Below the pieces are notes generated by a model. That model had not been told where the DNA came from, made no database searches, and was given only the letters and a program-made list of their open reading frames with translations. Made by a program: the position numbers and the translations under genes. Shown here piece after piece: positions 1-15,145 of a stretch of 64,000 nt of DNA. The DNA is taken from positions 5,873,419 through 5,937,418 of the forward strand of contig CM082578.2 in assembly GCA_040954595.2 (NCBI GenBank). The letters run 5' to 3'. This DNA is from Balanoglossus misakiensis. Its lineage: Eukaryota > Animalia > Hemichordata. Within the stretch, counting starts at the first letter, position 1; every line of letters starts with the position of its first letter.

Positions 1-3000
1 TTTAACACAATGAAGAAAATACGTCATCGATATGAAACAAATCATAGAACTGGCCTATCGTTAGAAAAGTCTGACAAGCTTGGATTGTTTCCACGGTGAC
101 ATTAGTCTCGCATTCTTGGTAGTGACGTCATACAACGGGCGGCCATTTTACATGAACCTCAAATCCAGCAGGTAATATGACGACTTGGGCGTACATGTAC
201 AGGACCATATTCATTAGTGACCACAGCCCGGTCAGCTTACTGTCGCCACGTCTGTTGGTGCCCTCTTCCTGATGATTATACATGTACCGCGAACGTAGCC
301 TAGCATGTCCTATTTTCATCGATTCTTATATGGAGTTCATTTCCTCCTGTCTGCCGGCCACAAATCACAGGAATAAACTGTCGTCAAACCAATGGAAATA
401 AAACTTTGTGGGGTATATACTGGATTCAAACGAAAATAAAACTTTGCAATTTCATTGATTGTGTTAATAGTCCTTAACATTCGTTGCCCGGTTATTTGAA
501 TCATTCGGCAATTGCAATTTGGACGGTTTAACGGGTACGCTTTCGTTTTTTGAATGGGGTCGTAAACGGTTGAACACAAATTACCAGACGCTCATTTCAT
601 TTTATACCTGACAGGTAAACACGTTTTATATGCCCGCTCATCAGTAAATTCAACACATCACAACTCATTCGCTTCAATCTCGGTCCCTGAATGAGGTTAG
701 GCGTTTTACAACGCAAACAATCAAACAGATAAGACTTTAGTTTACCTACACGGAGACGAAAACATCCCTAACTTCGATCGGGTACTTATATATTGACTTG
801 TGTCGCGTTGAAAGTGTTTTCAGTGGCGCGGTTGCTTTGCTCAACCAGTCAAGATGTCAATAACATTATACATGTACTTCGCCGAGGGTAATTACGTGAG
901 ATAATCGACCAGTATATTGCTCTAAGCGACACAGGGCTCTAGAGTTTGGTTAACTTCCATTGTTAAATAGTAGGCAATCTAGTCAGTAGGCCGAGAGAGA
1001 AATGCAAGTTATAACCTTTTGGTGGTTATGTCTGCCACTCAGTTTCTGGAATGTGCGTGACTAATGGTGATTTCTGAATACAGATGTTTCAGTGGCAGTT
1101 TCACAGAGGAAGACATGCAATCGTTGTCAAGACTGCACTATAAAAAGCTGCATCATTAGTTTACTTCTCAGAATGTAAAATCAGAATTGACATTCTATAT
1201 AACGCCATGTTCGTATAATGCAATAAATGGGCTTATATTAGCAACCAAAAATCTTCGGTCCGAACAATTAGAGTCGTTTCATGTTCAAGCGAGGGCAGGA
1301 ATTCGGCGGTTCATGCCAATGTTGAAAAACAAGCAATGCCCAGGGTGAAAGACGTCACTAGGCAATTGTATACGTTGACACAAGCGGACGGTTGTCAATG
1401 AGCCTTTCACGTCGTTTACAGACTAGATTGTGGTTAAATCGTACACGTTGTAAGTCAAACACTATCTAAGGATCCAGCAACCTGTTTTGAATATGTTTAA
1501 ACATGCGATTCCTTCCACACCACCGTTTAGCCAAATTGACGTTATTTGAAGTCCAATAATGTCGATTGTCCTACCCCCGAACAGTTGATTTGGTCTATGT
1601 CGAAAGCTGTCCCCTAGCATTATTAGCTGTCCCCATTTTTATCATCGAGAATCACCACTTGTTTAGGTCGTCCACAGTTTACTTCTGTCTATCAATACAG
1701 GTACATTTGGACCGCCCTCGCACTACATGCACCTGCTTCGGTGAGACAGTCCGGTGAATATCCGCCCTGTCGCATTCTTAAGGGGAGAGTACTTCTGTAA
1801 TCAAATGGAATCAATTAAAAATTCATTTGCTAGAAAGAGCTGATTTATCTCGGATTCCGTCAATCCGTCTCTTGATATGATGCACGATCACGACTTCTAG
1901 ATGTCACCAAGCGGTCGCACAGACACACGGGAGTCTAAATTTGGGTTAGGCGCCCAGGGCTCTAAAATCATAGCTTTTAAGGTCAGATTGTACGCTGTAT
2001 ACATGTATGTAGTTATGTTTAGAAAGGTAACCCTGCAATGATGCCAATAATCCGATCTGAAAGCTCTGTATACCTGAGTTTTCTAATGGTTTCTCAAAGT
2101 TGGTTTGTATAAATGGTACACTGATTGATCGATTCATGCAGTCTATTTTACACTGATCGATGTATGTTGTCTATTACAGGTCTGGAATAAAATGACTAGA
2201 TCAAAGAACGTGATTAATCCTGATTCTCTGTGGGGCAAAGTACGAATGACATATTACCCTAGCCCTCCCCTGAGCCATGTAAAATGACATGACCCTCTCC
2301 CTTTTTGTTCCACCCCGTCCTAAAATTGTCACACACAGTACCTTATGAGTAAAGTCGGTTGCTCAGATCTTTGTGACTTTATACGCTGTGGGATTTTGCG
2401 TTATATATTTTATATTCATATTCACATTCGTTTGATGATCTTATAATCGTTTACGTACATGTACGAGATACTGATGTTTTCTTTTATCAAAAATGTACGT
2501 GCCGGCGCGAAATGATGCTTTGATTAAAAACGACCTCGCCGTTTGATATCATTTCTGTCAATGTGATACTCGCTGAAATATTATTAAATTGGATCTTGCC
2601 AATTGGTTTTAAAATGTCCCTTGCATTCGATCGCAATATACTTGTTTTTAATCTTCTTCCAATACCAAAGGTCCAAACTCATCTGGCAGGCTTAAATTGA
2701 TATGTGTCTCTGCTACAGTGAAAGAAATCTGAATGTAAGGCGCGATGATTTCATATATGTACTTCAGAAACGACAATATCACTACAAAATCGGTTTAAGT
2801 TGTCGTACATTGTGTGTATTTATGATGAACTGAAGGTAATGGGAAAGCACATAACTTTGACATTTCTAAGACGACAATGTTGCTGCGTTGATATGATCGC
2901 CACAAAAGGGATACTTAACAAGATACATGTAGTTGCAATTATGTTGTGGTTCGCTTGGTTTTCATATTAGCGTACTCACTTTTCTAGAATGTGTTCAAAA

Positions 3001-6000
3001 TTTTCTGGGCTGCTTTTTGGCGCTGTGACAAGGTACATGTAACAGAAGCGGGAGATTATGTCTGAACCCGCCTAGTACTTTTCGTTCGCCATCAATTAAA
3101 ACGTTCCGGTTTGGTTATTTCTTTATCAAAGTGCATTGCTTACGGCGTTTGGCAATGTCATGTTAACCGCGATACCCGAGAAGCTACATACATAAATGCA
3201 ATACGTACGTCTTTAAGTAGTAACAGACGTCATGGCTCGGTTGAGCTGGATGTCACTAGAATATATATTTATGCTCTTGCCGCAGGATGCGAACTCAACC
3301 TACCGTAACCAAACATACATGGCAAAGATGTCGGCACACACAAGTATAATTATACACACTGTTTCAGTTTACCACATCCACTGTGTGAATCAAATACACC
3401 ATGCATGGTATACATGCATGAATGGACATAATTAGCACTATCCAATGGAACCGATCAGTTGCCAGGCCACGTGGCCTTACCGCACGCTAATTTACTGTAA
3501 CTATAGAAACAATTACATGTACTCAAACAATTACTTGTCAATGTTGTGATAGCCAAGCTAATCGTTTACCTTGTACACGCAGTCTACTAATAAGTCACAC
3601 ATCACCGAGTTTGCCAGGTTAAGTTAAATTAACTGTATCCGGCCACGTCCACATCTCTTAAAAGATGCATGCATGGTTGAAAAACCAAGGTCATTGTTAT
3701 TCAACTTACTCATTTGACACGTACTGAGCCATTTGATACGTACTGAACCAATATACATGAACACTTGCTAATGGCACTAGAACTGTAGACCAGGTTCTAT
3801 AATTTGCATTTTTAAATAATTAATTTACCGTCGACACTTTGAACTAATTCTGAGGTAGACTGAAGAAATTCATTTCAAACTACCACGCATGGATGTTATT
3901 CCATCCTCTGACGGCATCCTTTTAAATGATTTCATAATTTCACTTTCAAATTAGCGTACTATCACGCTATTATGGATGCATTGGTATTATTCATATTAGT
4001 TACATGTAAATGATCGTGAGCATTTTAATGTGCAAAGGCTCGGTTGGTGAGTGTTCAAATGTTTTGGACTTCGAGTGTACAAGTTTAAAGAAATGTGGAC
4101 ACATATACACAGGCTTATCAGTAAAAGTTAATCTTAAAACACTACATCATGAATTTTGTCTGTATTAGGCATGCCGTGTAAAAAGCACGGGTATGGTTTA
4201 GGATGGCATCAACGATTTGAATTTGTTCAAAGTTTTATAACGTTTACTGCTGTGATTGATCGACATGTTTACATTGACAAATTGTATTGGCTTGTTCTGC
4301 AATCTGTAGTTTGTGGGTAGTGGGACAAAATTAGACGATGTCTTGTATGAGAAAATTGTATAAAGATGCCGCCACTGGAATTCCAAACACCTTGACCACA
4401 CTTGACGGCAGGCCCGGTACACGCAAATGATTTACAGTCAAACAGGCAAACGTTCGAACACTTCTAAGTGCCGTACATTAGTGATCTATAGTCGGTCTTG
4501 TGAATAGCTGTCAGCTGCATGCGGCCACTTAGTGTACACTCATGTCTCTGTCAGCTTTGGTTCCCTTTCCCCGTGTTTCTCACACACCGTCTTCCCTCCA
4601 TTGGCCTTAAAACGTGTAGTGCAAGTAATGCGTGACGGGTGAACTCACTGACATGATTGCAGCCTCAATCAATGCATCTTCAGCGACAGAAGCTAGCATC
4701 GCTGTGTGCACTGTACACCGTTCACTTACATTGACCAACCTGGCGAACAGAACCACGGAGCCGTGTGATGGACTCACTTCACCAGTAAACCAATTCACTG
4801 CAATTGTCTGGTCTTGAACCACTCTCTGCACGGGACAATTTCATGCTGGTGTTAACACAATACCTAAATTAGGTTTGGATTTTACTAGAAAAAAAAAATA
4901 TAAGCTCGACTCGTTCATTTCGGTGGCACAGAGTAGGTATGTAAACATAATTTGCCCAGCAAGCTAAGGCGGCACACCGTCTTTTAAAACTGTTCTACGC
5001 CATCGCCGCCGATGCACACTGCACCTTTGACGCGGATGTGTGGAGGGACTGTGCCCCAGATAAAGTAATACAAAACAGTGGCTACTGGTGTTCGGTAGCA
5101 TGTCATTTGCGTTTTCACACATTGAAAATTGTATGAGATTACCCATCGGTATATGAGTCGTTTGGTGTTGTCATGGACTCTTTTCATGGACGTACTTCCA
5201 TTCTCCACTGTGTGAAGCGAACTAAACCAGATTTGCGTTCGGATATTTCCCTTTTACGGTGCTATGCACAATATACAGTCTATTTCTGTTGTGTATGATC
5301 GCAGCAAAGTTTAGACAGCAAAGACCTCTCAAAGCATGCGCTATTTGTTTGCAGTGTAATCATTCGCAGGGGCGAGATCTATTGTTCTTAAAACCGATTT
5401 CCCCCGAAAATCTTCGTAATTGGAACTAAAGCTCATGCACTAAGTATTTTGGCGATAACTTTATGTTGTATGTGTTTAGAAAACCAAATATTGTCGATGT
5501 ACATTTAAGCGTACTTTTTTTGGTGAGACTTGCTAAGGCCGATTTGCACAGAGCGACCGGATTGTTTGTTGTCTGTTATCTGTCAAACGGCATTATGAAT
5601 CGCCATCGAGTTGAGCGGCCTCATATACCGCGCACGGGGGTTTAACTTTATAGACGAGGAGCTATAGATTATTACAGGCAGGCAACCACTGAAAGATTGT
5701 GCAGTAACTTTCCGTGTGAGGTCACAAAACGACCCAAAGAGGGACTGTGAATATGCGAATCATTGTTTTTTTTTTCTTTGCTGGTAAACATCACACAATG
5801 AAACGGCCGTTGCAACTGGAAATGTAGTGACTGGAACACAGCCCAGAACTTTCTAAATATTTGTTGTTCGGTGTCTTTACCAAGACGTCCACACAAATCT
5901 GTTTTGCCATCATTAGTGGGATCAAGACGGAATTTGAACCTGCAAAAGTTTGTCCAGTCCTATACTTTGGCACGAATAGGCTAAAAACCCCGGGGTTAAC

Positions 6001-7737
6001 ACTCACGTGTGGTTTTGGCGTCCGAGTCAATATCAACCGACTAGCCTTGGAACCTGTAAATGTATCTTCACTTGGATGCAGGTACCTCTTTTACGATTCT
6101 GTTACAACCGAATACAAAGCAAAATCACCAACTGGCACTAAGAAGGCGAAATAGAAAAAGCAGACTAGTGTCGTGTTCTCGCAATCAGTGCAGGTGCTGC
6201 GCAGGTATAACCTAACCGAAGGGGTAGACTGGCTGAGATTAGCTATATGTAAATGTATATCCCTGACCTTCGAAATTACACTGTACTCTGCACCTGAACA
6301 GACATTTTCATTATTTGTAACGAACGTCGGCGAAATTATTTTATATCGGGGATTAAAAACATACCCTACCTAAGGTTACAGAGTGGCGACATCGACGGGA
6401 AATTACTTTGAAGCTTCGGCAGGGTCATCTGTCATGTTTGCCGAGTATCGTTTTCGTGATTGGTTTGGGGTTACAGATTCTCGTTTCTGGCAAAATTGTA
6501 AATCAGAGACCCTGTCTCATACCCTGAGCCGCCACGCTCACCGTGCCTGAGCTTACAGTTTCCGAAAAGATGTTTCTCAGTTGCCCGTTGGTACATTACA
6601 TTTGATATTATTGAAGAGGAAAGACACATTTACATTCTGTCTAGCAATCGCTGATGGAGTGTATAAAACACAGGTGTAGATTGATAGCCCCCTCTTTGGT
6701 ATGAAAGCTCGGTGACTGAACTTCTATTTCTTTTTTGACCAAAACGCCCCCCCCCCCACCCACAAGCTCACACACCTGAGCAACCACCCACTCACTCACT
6801 CACTCACTCACTCAATCACTCACTCACTCACTCACACACAACACCGACTCACTCACATTCACTCATACAATCACCCACCCACCCACTCATCAATTAACCC
6901 ACCCACCCACCCAAACCCAACCAACCAACAACTCCAATACAAACACAAGTGACGCAGCCAAAGACAAGGACACGAAAATGTACTTTATTTGTCATATTCC
7001 AACAATCTTTATTGGCCGCTTAGAGCCGATATGGTTCAACAGCAGACGACACGTACCTCATATATTGTTCAACCCTGTAAATTGCGAAACCTAAAGTGCG
7101 TCAACAAGCGGTCCGTTGCGATACTCTATCGTTTTTACCCCCCCCCCCCTCTCCCTAATTATTGATTGTATTGGCAAAATAGCGCCACCAGTAGTCGAGA
7201 GAGGTGCGTTTTCGCATTGGGGTCCGTTTTTCCTGTAAAATCAATTGGATTGCAAATAGAAACCCATTGTGATCAGAAATTTTAATTTGATATAGCAAAC
7301 CACACTTTGTTGTTCCAAAACTTAAGCAAAACCATAGTTTGAAGCAAACTGATTTACATTCCTTGCCCAAAAATACGTTAATGAGATACAATGTAAAAGA
7401 ACTTAAGGCATTTCTTATTTGTATAGCATTTGTAAAATGGTCTGTTTTAGTCTATTTTCAAAAGTCTTAGTTAATATCAGTTAATATTTAATAATTTTAC
7501 AATATCTAAATAATCATAGAAACCCGGCCTAATTCAACAATCACCAGGTGACGTATTGTTGTATACATTAATTTTGAGCGTCCCATTTTATTATGAAGTT
7601 TTTCTTCATCCTCAACTGGATGGTAACCCCAGATTTCAGCTCCACAATGTAGTATTGGGAGTAGTTTTGCGTCAAATATTTTAAGAGCAATATCAATCGG
7701 TAGGGTTCCAAACTTATAGACAGAGCTATGAATTTAC

Positions 7738-7911
7738 CTTTTCTGTCTTCAAATGTGATAACGATTGTATGGTCATCTTTCTTGTCGATGCTTCGAATAT
7801 TCCCACCACCCGACCGCTTTTTATTTTCAAAGTACATCTCCAGTATATCTGTGTCAGTGTTGTTGGAAAATCCTGTGACTTGTACTGCTCCAGCTGCAAC
7901 TTTGTCTGGAT
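7738..7911 (-). CDS. Exon encoding PARP14-like RRM domain
   Basis: Acceptor CTCCAACAG|AT, donor AAAG|GTAAAT; motif ILEMYFENKKRSGGG...IVITFED. Confidence 0.75.
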
Positions 7912-7990
7912 CTGTTGGAGAATTGCATACGAAATGCCGCTATAAAAACTTGCATTACCCAACTAATTAATCGATCGCTCGATCAGTTAA

Positions 7991-8723
7991 GGTGGCACTG
8001 CATGAAACCGTCGAGACTTTTTCAGAGGCCTATTTCTTATCAAAGAAAAAGTTAAAACCCCCATAAACCATATATATTCTGGAAGCTGAGATTTTGAACT
8101 TTTGTTTGAGTTGCAAATATTATTGATCCCCGGAAATGGTGGCGATTTTGGGTGAAAAAACCCATTTTTTGATATTATGTCATGAAATTTAAAATAGGTA
8201 AAAAAGTTGACCATGCATCATGCATCTTAATATGTCATTCAAAACTAAAGTACACGTGCAAAAAAACGCTAATTTTGTTTTGCGTTATCTGCTTCCATTG
8301 AGGAGTAACAGCGTTTAAAAGTTAGATTTTCAGAAAATTTGATCAAATTCACGGTGAGTTGTATTGAATCAGAGTTTATTCCCGCCAGGGACACTTTATC
8401 GACAAACAAAACTAGCGTTTTGTTGGATGGGTCATACACAATTCCCTGTCAAAATTTGAGCAAATTCGGCCAACGCAGGGCGAAGCTATTTTAGTCCGAA
8501 GTTGTCAAGAGCAGCGAAAATGCAAACTGAGAAAAACGGCTATTTGCATTGTTGACACCTATTTGTTAAGCTGTGAACTCATTCAGAAAAGTGCTATTTT
8601 AGGGTGATTATGCACCATTTCCGCCAAGACGTATTAGTCAGGTTGTGGGTCAGTATTAGGCCTACCGATTTATGTAAAAAAGTAAAATTTGGCAAAAATC
8701 ATAACTTTTCATGCAATGCCACC
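7991..8723. mobile_element. Non-autonomous DNA transposon (MITE), TTAA TSD, GG...CC termini (Kolobok-like)
   Basis: TTAA|GGTGGCACTGCATGAAA at 7987 and TTTCATGCAATGCCACC|TTAA ending 8727: 17-bp TIR with one mismatch and a TTAA duplication. Confidence 0.85.
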
Positions 8724-8877
8724 TTAATCAACCAACTAATTAGCTGGCTGACTACATGTAGGTAACCAACCAATTATTTAATTAATTAATTAATTGATCA
8801 GTCAGTCAATCAATCTATTAATTAACTAATTAACTAACTAAAATAAATAAATGAATAAGTAATACAATGAATAAGTA

Positions 8878-9014
<137 letters not shown>

Positions 9015-11689
9015 ACATGCCATTTCCGTATGGCAGTATGACCACTGTACTTTTTCTACTTTTTTCAATTTATTCCAAGATACTATAGTAATGAACGTGA
9101 AATGGATATGATCAGGACTTATATTAGTAAAGGCTTCCTGATGAGAATCACTCGGCCTGCTAATGAAGTATGTGCAAACATAAAACGTCAAGCTAAGCTT
9201 GTAGCATGGGTCTGGTGCAAATCAATGCACTCAATCTGACATCGTTTTTTATCACCCCCCCCCCCCCCGAGGCGTTTAGGGTGGAGCTAGCTGGCGACCG
9301 TGGTACACTACACCCGTAAACATACAAGAGTGACCAAAGTTCAAACTAAACGACCCAACATAAGAATTCATTGTTCCCACCGCTTCTACTTGAAACATAC
9401 CAGAGTAGCCAAAGATCGAAATAAAGCAAACATAAGTTCGAACCGGTCTCCGGTCTTTTCTCCTGCTAATTAAAACTTCCGATTTCACTTGTGCATATTA
9501 CCTAAAGTTTCGTCTTCCTTTGCTCGTTCCTCTTTTGCTTCACTTTAGGTGGAGTGGAATGTGTAGGTGGACGCTGTTCTCCATGCTGAAGCTGGTCTTG
9601 GTATTCGGTGAGCTGACCTTCTGAAGCGGTTTGCTCTACGCCAGTTCCAGTCAAGTTTTGCATACTGTGCCATCCTTCTGGTGACTGCGAATACCCATAC
9701 CATGAACCATGCCGTGGCCATAAGTGTTGTTGCTGATTCAGTGCTGGGGTAGAGCCGTACACCGACGGCATACAGTATGGTTGAGGGAATGTAGGTTGTC
9801 GTTGACTGAATTGGGAATAAGGAGACCACGGGTAATAAAATGGACTATGTTCGTTGTATTGCATGGTTCCGATCGGGTAGTGGTATTGGTTTTGTTGTTG
9901 TTGTTGTTGTTGATGTTGCTGCTGCTGTGGCGACTGCCACAGTTGGTGTGCTTCCTCATGATCATGTTGCATTTGGTAATGGGTGTCAGAATCTGTCATA
10001 TGTTGGTATGTTTCACACTTGTAACCTGAGCACTGTTCCTGCCTCTGACACTGTGGCGATGGCTGTTCTGCTTCTTGATCTCCCTGCGCCATCTGTGAAT
10101 CTTGCACGTTGCCATCTTCCCCCCGATTTACATCAGACTGCCGCTGGTCTCTGGCCTTCCTGTCCTCCATTTGCTTTTCTAGTTCACCGCCCACCTCATT
10201 CCGCTTCTGCATACGCACAATTAAGAAACAATCAATTCAACATTTTTTTCACATGCGCATAGGTGGGGAAATCTTACAGGCAACTACGAGTTTATTGAAA
10301 AGTCAGTGTCACAACTAAAATGCATATTAAGACTTGCAGAAACGGTCTTTTATATCACGTAAATGCAAGTAAATCGTGAGAGATGGTATTTTACCACTGC
10401 AAGCCCAGAGATAATTGTGAAATATTGGTGTTGGCATTGTTCAGTGTCTCAAATTAAGCTGACTGAATCAAAACCGCAGTATTGATTTGGCTTGTATCCG
10501 CCTATATAAAAAACAACGGTAAACCATAAATATCTGTTAAGGTTTTTTGACGGACAGTCATGATAACACTCACTGTTAACCTCAAAATGAGCTCATTTGC
10601 CACTCAAATGACACGTCACCCATTTGACATTTGACCAACTGATTACTAGTATTTGCCCATAGTCTGGTTGCGGAAAACAAGTTCGAACGTCACTACATAT
10701 GAAATACACATACATTGTTACCTCTGTTAAGCAAACGCAAGCTGATAGCCAGCCATTTTATTCTGATTAGCTGTTGTTCTGTGTATCCTGTAGATATATC
10801 GCCGAGTCGGCTTCAAAGTCTGATTCCCGTTTCTTGTGGATGTCATGCTGTATACATGACGCACATATCGTAGTCGAAGTTTCAACAATACGCCATTAGC
10901 AATAACTCGTCTAGTCTTATCACATTACCCAACTTCATGATATGGCGGACGTTGAAACGATTAATCCTCTTTCGTTTCCTTGCATGGAGATACACTGTAC
11001 GGTAATCTGTCTTAGAAAATTGCACTAATGCATCTATTTAACCCTGGAAGAGACCAAGCTTGCGAATGCTTTGTCCGCATAAATGTTCATAAAGTAACCT
11101 CGCTGCTGTCAAAGGGGTCGAACTTTAATGGCGACTCTTCGCTTGATGCAGACTCTTAGCTTCTTCCGGTACACAGTACAATTAATACGCTTGTCATGTG
11201 CAGAATAGGAACTATTTTGTGATTATGATATAGCGAAACATATGAGTAAATTAAACTCTATGAAACAGCATTATCGTGTTTGCATATTGCTTGTTTCACT
11301 AACACATTATAATTGGGGTGTTGTTGTTGTTTTGACAAAAACAACGAAGTCGAAATGTGAAATGTAAACTATTTATGGCAAAGTAGTTCCAGCCGTTATA
11401 GGTAAACATGTACAATATCTTTACGGTAAAAGTACGGGGATCTCCCTTTTGCAGTCAGCAATATTGAGATACAATGATATGTTGATCCATGCCCGTACGC
11501 ATGCGTTGATAAACAAGTTGCTATGCAAATGGCGGTTAAGCTTCTTTGTTCTGCAAATAAAGTCAAGCCAACATAACCATATTCTAACTTTAATTTCTTT
11601 ATACATCTATTTGCAACAGAGAGAAAGAGAGGGGGAGACAGACAGAGACGGTAGAGGGGGAGTTATGTAAATGTAAATATAAAAAAAAG

Positions 11690-12850
11690 CTGGTTTACGA
11701 CTTTATCAAGAAAAACGCAAGATTAAAATGGAAACATTGCATGGGGACTATGAGAAAGGGGGCCTGAAGTGTGTCAACATTGACAGGCAGATCAAAGCCT
11801 TACATGCTGTTTGGGTTAAACGACTAATATCAGGCAAAGGTAACACATGGGCAGCTATACCCTGGTACTATATGCAGATTGATGAAAATTGTAATCTCTT
11901 TCAACAAAAGATCTTTTGGGATTCGTTGCCAAGAGTCTTAGAATCTGCAGTTCCTGAGTTTTATACAGATATCTTGAATGCTTGGTACAAAGTGTGTTGT
12001 AAAGTTGAAAGACACAGAAATATGAAAGTGCAATGGTGTGACAAATTTAATTTCTTTTTTTTTTAAATCATTGAGCAATTATAATTATGGTATATGGAAT
12101 GAAGTTAATTTCATTCCCTTAGAAAATGTAACGTGCAAGGTTTTTTTTATCAGAGCATGTCACCAAACTACACAGATTCCAACAAACTCATTAAGTGGTT
12201 TTCATCATTGAATGTGAATGGTCACACAAGATTATAAAGATTTAATTTGGAAGCATATTTATATAGTAACAGAAGAAACCAAACTAAGAGAATTTCAATG
12301 GAAGTTATTACATAGGCTGTTGCCATGTAGAAAATATTTATTTTACTGGAAAAAAAGTAAGTTCTTTGGACTGTGAGCTTTGTAAAGTCCCGATTCTCTT
12401 GAACATAGGTATTTGCATTGTTTTTTGGCAAAGGATCTTTGGAAGAGAATCAACAATACAGTTCAACAAAGTATCGACAAAACGTTTAAACTACAGAATT
12501 GTGATATAATTTTCACTTGTTATACAAACAAAAGCTTCTCAAGAATGGAAGAAAACATTGTAAATCTGTTAATTTTAATTGGTAAGTGGTGTATCAACAA
12601 ATACTGGTTGCTTGACAAGAATATTCCTTTAATTATCATGTTAAAGTGTGAGTTTAGACAGAGGTATAAAGTAGATATAAAAAAAACTACAATAACAGCG
12701 ACAGATTAAATATTTTTGAGAGACTTCTTTCATACATGTAAAATTTTGAACTAGTTATTTTCCTATTGATTTGTACATGGTATTCTTTTGATGTACACTT
12801 TTGTAGTTATGAAACCTTTTGCAATCATATTTTAATAAAAGAAAAAAAAT
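11690..12850 (+). mobile_element. 5'-truncated, degenerate L1/Tx1-type LINE 3' end
   Basis: Fragments GDYEKGGLKCVNIDRQIKALHAVWVKRL and KDLWKRIN...NLLILIGKWCINK resemble the ORF2 C-terminal/zf-RVT region. Ends in AATAAA plus an A-tail at ~12834-12849. Confidence 0.75.
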
Positions 12851-14399
12851 GTTAATATAAATTGTATCACCCACCGTTACATACATTCAATAATAACGAT
12901 ATAGGCCTAAACATAGTTTTCCTCTACGCAAGATCCAAATATCTTACAAAATTTGGCCGCATCACATTGCCTACTTTTTTAAGCTTTCCCGAAGCACGTG
13001 TTTAACTTATTATTGTTATGTGCTGTAAATTTCAACCAAAATTTCAAACTTTGTACAGACGGATTGAATGTTACCCAATGTTATTAACCAATTATAAATT
13101 CACAAAATCTAATGACAAAGAAAAAAAAAGCACTCGTAGAATGTCAAATTCCTGAACAAGTCTTAACCGTCTTGGTAGTCATTTACCCGTGGTATAAAAT
13201 CACAAAAGTTAATCATAAAACAAAGACAAAATATATGCGTGTTGTAGTGTTTAACATTTCAGAATGATAAGCCTTAACAGTCCTGGGTATATATAAAATC
13301 CCACAATTTGAATACAAGGTATATGTATATGTGATATAGGCAAAAAGTGGACAGCACATGCAGATGAAAAACTATTTCTGACAATTGCGGAGGGCATAAA
13401 GAATAAAGCTATTTTGAAAACGTATCTTTATAGTGGTGAGTCCCCCTGGTGGGACCCGTGTTAATTAAGTAGTTCATCTTCTCAGCATTAGAGCAAATTT
13501 TCTGGGGGGGGGGGGGGGAAAGATTTACGTTCTTAACATGTCTTGTTTGTGCTAAAATTTGTCGACTCTAATAGATATTAAGACGTAGGATATTAGTCTG
13601 TATGAGTGCCCAAACTGCGTATACCGAAATGTTAAATTTACCAAGGAAATCAGAAAACATACTTTTGTATTGTCCATATGTGATTCTATATTTCTGCTAT
13701 AGCTACACGAGCCTCTCCTTGTTTAAATGCTACGAATAAACCCACATAGGCCTATGGAGTGTAGTTCGTGCCAAAATTAGCACCCCACATTTCGATAAGA
13801 CTAGTCACTTTTCGAACCCATATGTCAAACATATGGTGACAGTGTTTATCCGCTACCGAGGCTGTAGATACTGATAATAAGGCCTCTGTCTGTTGACACT
13901 TGAGACAAAATTTTGTTCAAAATACTATTGACACTGTTGTAAATTCTGTCATAACGTTTCGAGAATAAGGTTCTTCTCAGAGTATCGAACGTTGGAACAC
14001 AATCCACTAGCATTGCAATCCCATGGTAGGAAGGCCATTGTTGTATGTCACTCTGAGACTGTGAATGTTTTTTCGTGCTATACAGCCACCATAAATATGA
14101 AAAATACATATAAGTACAAAAAGTGCGAAATAGACAAATTTCATAAATTATTACAATTTGGAAATTTGTGAGTAGGCTTAGGCCTATATATGTTTTCGTG
14201 TGCATAGAATTTACACATCAGCGTCATCTGTCAATGTTTTTGAAAAATAACATAGCCACGATATTTGTGTTGAGACTTGACATTTAAAATCTTACCCCCG
14301 AGAAGACAGGTGGTATCTTAGATTTTAAGCAATTCTTATATCGTGTAGAACCTAACTACATCATAAAACCCAACGTTGCACCTGACCTGCCAATCTGAG

Positions 14400-14769
14400 G
14401 TATGTATGCTGACCGGGGTCACAATAAGTTGAAAGGTCACACGAAGCAAACGTGATTCTGGCTACAGTCTGCTGCTAGTATATCTGGATCTTGATCGATC
14501 GCTCAGCCACACTTCGGCGATAGCTGCACGTGACCTTGCTTGCAGATAGATTGGGGGCGGGTATATGAGTCTAGACTAACTGTTTATAGCGCCTACCTAT
14601 ACCTCCGCGCACTACATTCGTGTTGATCTCTCGCTATCTGAACTCGCCAATCGTCAAGCCCTACTTCCGCTTGTAATTGTACCGCCTGACACATACATGT
14701 ACGATACCTCGTGTTGATCTCTCGCTGAAAATCTCTCCCTCCAACGCTAGCGGGATATTCTTTTAAAGA
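14400..14769 (+). promoter_or_regulatory. AKR paralog 1 promoter/5' UTR
   Basis: TGACCGGGGTCA (14410), AGGTCA (14434), E-box CACGTGACC (14527) and GC box (14553). The half-sites and E-box are conserved in the copies at ~33365 and ~38611; the GC box only in the copy at ~33365. Confidence 0.55.
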
Positions 14770-15103
14770 ATGACAACGCAAATTCCGTCACTGACACTAA
14801 ATAATGGCATCAACATGCCGCAAGTTGGCCTTGGAACATTTCTGGTGAGTATATGTTTGTTCATACCATGCACTGTGTAGCATTTAGAAGCAAAGCGGAC
14901 AAAATACGGCAATGCAATGTTGCATGCGGAATGACCTTGAAACGATTTTAGCACATGTAGTATTTGTAGAAATGGTGGTATCCTTAAATGTTATAAGTGT
15001 TGGTTTTATGGCGGCTTAAAAGTGCAAAGGGGCACAGAAATGATTATGATATGGGTGTGTTGTTGTTGTTGTTGTTGACGTATTGCTACTGCTGTCGGTG
15101 TCG

Positions 15104-15145
<42 letters not shown>

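Noticed and set aside
128-6100. Possible heavily decayed THAP/Kolobok-type transposase on the minus strand (LCSSH near 5830, RTVLKDGVPP near 4970, YNHQ...SKLTGLWSL near 220-290)
   Set aside because: Only scattered short resemblances across many stops and frames, and no termini defined. It needs a TBLASTN/HMM search before being called.
9536-9550. Programmed ribosomal frameshift as the explanation of the frame break
   Set aside because: No canonical X XXY YYZ slippery heptamer; a 1-bp deletion is simpler
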